Sequence record: SRR2962707_3481
Strand: one strand, 5' to 3'
Length of the DNA: 64,000 nt
The translations under genes were made by a program, and so were the position numbers. How positions within the stretch are numbered: the first letter of the stretch is position 1; each line of letters begins with the position of its first letter. Shown piece after piece: positions 59,263 through 64,000 of this stretch. The notes under the pieces were generated by a model, which ran no database searches, was not told where the DNA came from, and was given only the letters and a program-made list of their open reading frames with translations.

Positions 59263-62097
59263 ATGAGAATTATGAACCGTATTAAGCTCCTTAGCTTACT
59301 ATTGGTGCTCTCGTTTTTCTTCTCTAATGCACAGGAGAGGGACATGTCGGGAGACATTGAAAAACCTTTGACCAGTACCATTCCGTCCGATCCGGATGTG
59401 AGAATCGGTAAACTAAAGAACGGACTTACCTATTACATCAGGAAAAATGCCAAGCCGGAAGACAAAATTGAATTCCGATTGGTCGTGAACGCAGGTTCCA
59501 TCCTTGAGAACGAAGACCAGCAAGGACTGGCTCACTTTGTTGAGCACATGGCCTTCAATGGAAGTGAAAACTTCAAGAAAAATGAATTGGTCAATTACCT
59601 TCAATCCATTGGGGTGGAATTTGGAGCTGACCTGAATGCATACACCAGTTTCGATGAGACTGTTTACATGCTTCCTATTCCAACGGGAGATCCAGCGGTT
59701 TTGGATAAAGGCATGAAAGTACTCGAAGATTGGGCAAGCGGACTTGAGTTTTCAGAGGAAGAAATTGACAAAGAACGTGGCGTGGTGATAGAAGAGTGGA
59801 GATTGGGCCAGGGTGCAAGCCAGCGGATGAGGGACAAGTGGTTCCCGGTCATGTTCAAGGATTCACGATATGCTGAAAGATTACCAATTGGAAAGAAAGA
59901 GGTAATTGAGAACGCCAGCTACGAGACCATCAGAAATTTCTACAATGACTGGTATCGTCCTAATCTTATGGCGGTGATTGCAGTAGGTGATTTGGATCCG
60001 GATGAAATGGAAAAGCAAATCCAGCAACGGTTCGGGAAATTGAAAAATCCTAAGAGTCCCCGGGAGCGAACGGAGTTTGACGTGCCGAGCCATCGGGAAA
60101 CCTATGTAGCTATTGAGCAAGACAAGGAAGCTCCTTTCACCCAGGTTCAATTAGTATACAAGCAGGATGCTGAAGATGAGTCCAAGACATTGGCAGATTA
60201 CAGAAGAGAGCTGACCTACAACTTATTCAATAGCATGCTGAATCAGCGATTGAATGAACTTCGCCAGTCTGCAGAGCCCCCATTCGTATTTGCAAGCACA
60301 GGATATGGCAACATGGTGAGAACCAAGCAAACATATTCTTCCTTCGCTATGGTGGGTGAAGATGGCATCATGAAAGGTCTACAGAACCTTGTAAGAGAAA
60401 ATGAACGTGTGAAGCGTTACGGATTCACTGCAGGTGAGTTGGAGCGAGCTAAGAAGCAGACGCTCAACCGAATGGAGCAGCAAATGAAAGAGCAGGACAA
60501 AACAGAGAGCAGAAGATTGGCTTCCCAGTATGTCTCTTCTTTCCTTGATGAATCCACTATTACCTCTCCGGAGTTTTCATATGCTTTTGCTAAAAAGCAG
60601 TTTGAAGGTGTGACAGTTGATGAAATTAATAAGTATGCACCCATGTGGATCAAAGAAAGTGACAGGGTAATCGTGATTACTGGTCCGGAAAGAGAAAATG
60701 CAGATGTGACCAAAGATGCTGTATTGGAAATGCTGTCAATGGTGGAAGCTGAGGAAATCGAAGCATACGAAGATGAAATGTCCGGTTCGGAGTTGATGGC
60801 AACCATGCCTAAGAAAGGCTCAATAAAATCAGAAAAAGGATTGGACAAAGTGGAAGCTACCGAATTGACACTTTCCAATGGCATGACGGTGGTACTTAAA
60901 CCAACAGACTATCAGAACGATGAAGTATTGATGAGTGCCTTCAGCCATGGCGGTCATTGTCTATATGGTGATGATGTATATCACAGTGCATCTTACGCCG
61001 ACAATGTCATTGGTGAAAGTGGTGTGGCAGACTTCTCAAATACAGATTTGCAGAAACTATTTGCTGGAAAAACGGTGAATGTTCGTCCGTTTATTGGTAC
61101 CTACTCTGAAGGTTTTAATGGAAATGCAGCTCCTAAGGATCTGGAGACCATGATGCAGATGATCAATTTGTATTTCACAGCACCAAGAAAGGATGACCAG
61201 GCATTTGCCTCTTATAAGATGAGAAATACCATGCTATTCCAGAATCTTATGTCGAATCCAAACTTCTTTTTCCAGAATGAGATGATCAAGATCATGAGCC
61301 AGGACCATCCGCGAGCTGGAGGATTCCCAACGGCAGAGGAGCTGGAGAAAATCGACTTGGATAAGGCGTTTGAGATATTTGGAGAGCGATTTGCCGATCC
61401 AGCCAATTTCACTTTCTTCTTTGTTGGAAACTTTGAGATAGACAAAATCAAGCCTTTGTTGGAGACGTACCTAGCCAGCATTCCTTCCATAGATAGAGAA
61501 GAAACATGGAAAGATCTTGGCATTCGTCCACCTAAAGGAAAGCTTGAAAAAGTGATCAACAAAGGAACCGATCCTAAGAGTCAGGTATCGATCAATTATC
61601 GTGGAGAAACTGACTACAGCGTTGAAGAGAGTTACATCCTTACCAGCCTTGGAGAAGTGGTAACCAACAGACTGATTGACATTATTCGTGAGGAGAAAAG
61701 CGGTGTGTATGGTGTAGGTGCGAGAGGTAGTTTGAACGAACGACCTTACGAGAGCTACAGTTTTTCCGTTTCGTTCCCATGCGGCCCTGAGAATGTAGAT
61801 GAGTTGAAGCAGGCGGTATATGATGAGATCGAGCGAATCAAGAAGGAAGGCGTTTCAGAGGAAGATCTAAATGAAGTGAAAGAAGCTCAGCGTATCGATC
61901 GTAAAGAGAGCCTGGAGCAAAACAGGTACTGGATGAACCAACTTTCTGGGTACTATACTGCCGATCGTGATTTGAGCACGTTCTTTGATTACGAAGATCG
62001 TATCGAAGCATTGACAACTGAGGATTTGAAAAAAGCAGCTCAGAAATATCTGGTGGAAAGCAATCTCATTGAGATCGTATTGATGCCGGAAGAATAA
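59263..62097 (+). CDS. M16 family zinc protease (PqqL/pitrilysin-like)
   Basis: Signal peptide; HXXEH motif GLAHFVEHMAFNG, NAYTSFDETVY, ERGVV.EE, IREEKS.VY. Confidence 0.94.
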   Translation: MRIMNRIKLLSLLLVLSFFFSNAQERDMSGDIEKPLTSTIPSDPDVRIGKLKNGLTYYIRKNAKPEDKIEFRLVVNAGSILENEDQQGLAHFVEHMAFNGSENFKKNELVNYLQSIGVEFGADLNAYTSFDETVYMLPIPTGDPAVLDKGMKVLEDWASGLEFSEEEIDKERGVVIEEWRLGQGASQRMRDKWFPVMFKDSRYAERLPIGKKEVIENASYETIRNFYNDWYRPNLMAVIAVGDLDPDEMEKQIQQRFGKLKNPKSPRERTEFDVPSHRETYVAIEQDKEAPFTQVQLVYKQDAEDESKTLADYRRELTYNLFNSMLNQRLNELRQSAEPPFVFASTGYGNMVRTKQTYSSFAMVGEDGIMKGLQNLVRENERVKRYGFTAGELERAKKQTLNRMEQQMKEQDKTESRRLASQYVSSFLDESTITSPEFSYAFAKKQFEGVTVDEINKYAPMWIKESDRVIVITGPERENADVTKDAVLEMLSMVEAEEIEAYEDEMSGSELMATMPKKGSIKSEKGLDKVEATELTLSNGMTVVLKPTDYQNDEVLMSAFSHGGHCLYGDDVYHSASYADNVIGESGVADFSNTDLQKLFAGKTVNVRPFIGTYSEGFNGNAAPKDLETMMQMINLYFTAPRKDDQAFASYKMRNTMLFQNLMSNPNFFFQNEMIKIMSQDHPRAGGFPTAEELEKIDLDKAFEIFGERFADPANFTFFFVGNFEIDKIKPLLETYLASIPSIDREETWKDLGIRPPKGKLEKVINKGTDPKSQVSINYRGETDYSVEESYILTSLGEVVTNRLIDIIREEKSGVYGVGARGSLNERPYESYSFSVSFPCGPENVDELKQAVYDEIERIKKEGVSEEDLNEVKEAQRIDRKESLEQNRYWMNQLSGYYTADRDLSTFFDYEDRIEALTTEDLKKAAQKYLVESNLIEIVLMPEE

Positions 62098-62118
62098 GAC
62101 TTTATCTATCCATAAAAC

Positions 62119-62148
62119 AAAAGCCTTCCTGATCAGGAAGGTTTTTTT
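62119..62148. terminator. Terminator between convergent genes
   Basis: AAAGCCTTCCT-GATC-AGGAAGGTTTTTTT. Confidence 0.8.
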
Positions 62149-62150
62149 GT

Positions 62151-63998
62151 CTATTCATATCTCAATGTTTTCACGGGGTTACTTCTGGCTGCTTTAAGAG
62201 ATTGTGTGCCTACCGCAATTAAAACCATTAGTAGAGAGAATCCACCTGCGATCAGAAATACTACAGCTCCTACATTGATACGGTATGCAAAGTCTTGTAA
62301 CCATTCGTTGGTTAGGTAGTAGCCAATCGGAACCGAAAGGAGAAAAGCCACACCTATTAGCAGTAAAAATCCCTTGCTAATTAGCATGAAAATGGAGCGA
62401 ATGGAAGCACCCAACACTTTACGAACACCTATTTCTTTGGATCGCTTCACGACAGCAAAAGAAGCCAGACCAAACAATCCCGAACAGGCAATAAGTATCG
62501 CCAGAATGGTGAAATACCGAGTAGCACTCGCTAGGCGTTCTTCTTTCACATACTGATCCTGGATTTTTTCATCCAAAAAAGTGAACTCAAAAGGCCAGTC
62601 AGGGATGACCCGATCCCAGACCGTCTCAATTTGATCCAGGGTTGATAGTAAGTTGGTAGTTCCTGAAAGCTTCAGGCAGACTTCACTGCCTACACTGGAT
62701 CGTGGCATCCGAAAGACACTCGGTTGCACAGGATTATAAAGGCTCTCAAAATTGGCATCTGCCAGCACCCCTAACACTTCAATTTCTTCAGGTTCACTAG
62801 CGCCACCAGGCAGAAAGCTTAATCGTTTGCCCAGGCTCTCTTCCAATGACCATCCAAGGGCATTGGCCGCAGATTCATTGATTAGGATACCTGATGAGAC
62901 ATCAGATTCTATTTCAGTATTGAAGTCTCTGCCTGCAACCACTTCCAGATCAAACATATCTGTAAACCCTTCACCTATCCATTTGATACCCAGCGAGTAA
63001 GTGGATTCATCATCACTTCCCACTCGTTTGAATGTGTTGCTGTATGAAGAAGTACCTGCCACATAGCCACGATGCAGGTCAACCACACTTGGCAAAGCTT
63101 TCATTTCATTTTCAAATACTTCGTATTGACTTTTTGAAAGGTTTCTGGCATGCCGGATGATCAACATTTGCTCCTTGTCAAACCCCAGCTCTTTACCTTT
63201 TAGGAAATCCAATTGTTGATTGACCACAATGATTCCAACGAACAAGAGATTACACACCAGAAACTGACCAATGATCATCACCTTACCGAACCGTTGCTTA
63301 GACTTCAACAAGCCAAATCGCTGAATAGCATTGATCTTTATCACTGCCATGGATGGCCTCAGACCCGCGATCAACGCAATCATTAATGCTGTCAGTAGCG
63401 CTAAGGCGATAAATGGTAATTCATTCCAACCGATGGATAATGTCGAGTCCATAAATTCATTGAAGTAGGGGAGTGAGACAAAGGCAAGAATGACTGCCAG
63501 GGTGCAGGCCATTATGACCAATGCAAATGCTTCAGTCATAAACTGAGAAACAAGATGACTCTTTCCTGCTCCCATCACTTTTCTTAAGCCCACTTCTTTC
63601 AATCGCTCATTTGATTGAGCGGAGGTGAGATTGACGAAATTGACACAGGCAATGGACAAGATCAGAATGGCTACTAGTCCAAATCCGTAGAGTTGTGCCA
63701 TGTTGCCATTCGCCTTTGCTTCCCCTGATTTATCAGAATGCAAATGGATATTGAAAAGTGGCTGCACCTCTAGCGAAAATCCATCTTGTCCGTCGACATT
63801 AAAATATGATGAAGCAATGGTTTGTAATTTTCTCTGGAAATCTTTTAAATCTGTGCCCGGAGCAAGTTGAGCGTATGTCCACGCAGCAGCCCAGTTCCAG
63901 TCTTTTTCCAGGTCATAGGTGTATTCGCCCCAACCCATCCATCTCTGCCGTTGCAACTCTATTGGGACGAGGATATCGAATGCAAGGTGTGAGTTGTC
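62151..63998 (-). CDS. ABC transporter permease (FtsX/MacB-like), 5' end outside the window
   Basis: Frame stays open to the window edge (..DNSHLAFDILVP..); IACVNFVNL, RLKEVGLRKVMGA, LGFDKEQ, KEIGVRKVLGAS, NPVKTLRYE. Confidence 0.92.
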   Translation of the reverse strand, partial: DNSHLAFDILVPIELQRQRWMGWGEYTYDLEKDWNWAAAWTYAQLAPGTDLKDFQRKLQTIASSYFNVDGQDGFSLEVQPLFNIHLHSDKSGEAKANGNMAQLYGFGLVAILILSIACVNFVNLTSAQSNERLKEVGLRKVMGAGKSHLVSQFMTEAFALVIMACTLAVILAFVSLPYFNEFMDSTLSIGWNELPFIALALLTALMIALIAGLRPSMAVIKINAIQRFGLLKSKQRFGKVMIIGQFLVCNLLFVGIIVVNQQLDFLKGKELGFDKEQMLIIRHARNLSKSQYEVFENEMKALPSVVDLHRGYVAGTSSYSNTFKRVGSDDESTYSLGIKWIGEGFTDMFDLEVVAGRDFNTEIESDVSSGILINESAANALGWSLEESLGKRLSFLPGGASEPEEIEVLGVLADANFESLYNPVQPSVFRMPRSSVGSEVCLKLSGTTNLLSTLDQIETVWDRVIPDWPFEFTFLDEKIQDQYVKEERLASATRYFTILAILIACSGLFGLASFAVVKRSKEIGVRKVLGASIRSIFMLISKGFLLLIGVAFLLSVPIGYYLTNEWLQDFAYRINVGAVVFLIAGGFSLLMVLIAVGTQSLKAARSNPVKTLRYE

Positions 63999-64000
63999 CG

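Noticed and set aside
60417-60884. 155-aa minus-strand ORF and the many similar 60-140 aa overlapping ORFs
   Set aside because: Antisense shadows of well-supported genes; the Ser/Ile/Phe-rich composition is typical of reverse-frame translation.
1-64000. CRISPR arrays, tRNA/rRNA genes, IS elements, prophage
   Set aside because: No regularly spaced repeats, no cloverleaf or rRNA-like segments in the short intergenic gaps, and no transposase, integrase or phage ORFs seen by eye.

Overview
Gene-dense chromosomal window from a Bacteroidota bacterium, most likely Cytophagales. This placement is an inference from T9SS cargo genes, a PorP/SprF gene, TAnnTTTG -7 promoters and signal peptides cleaved before Gln. 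It contains about 50 CDS and no rRNA, tRNA, CRISPR array or recognisable transposase/integrase. Housekeeping genes (recQ, pgk, ispB, plsB-like, gpsA, sua5, slyD, fhs) are interspersed with a vapBC pair, T9SS-secreted surface proteins, a dinB-dnaE2 mutagenesis cassette, an RND efflux operon and four sensor kinases. Most interesting: (1) two paralogous kinases with a YfiR-like head on a ~150-residue periplasmic coiled-coil stalk, one overlapping tail-to-tail with a TonB-dependent receptor, a candidate trans-envelope signalling system; (2) a CRP/FNR-like TGA-N6-TCA regulon with a constant 23-nt spacing to the -7 element at four promoters, covering a YceI/beta-barrel/YceI module, fhs, a membrane protein and a CBS protein; (3) an MpaB/Lcp-like oxygenase + membrane enzyme-like + kinase operon; (4) a perfect 16-bp palindrome present twice around an ECF sigma locus; (5) a CTAA-N5-TTAG SOS box at dinB; (6) a candidate short sRNA and two CDS absent from the ORF track. 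All family assignments come from motif recognition by eye; no searches were run.
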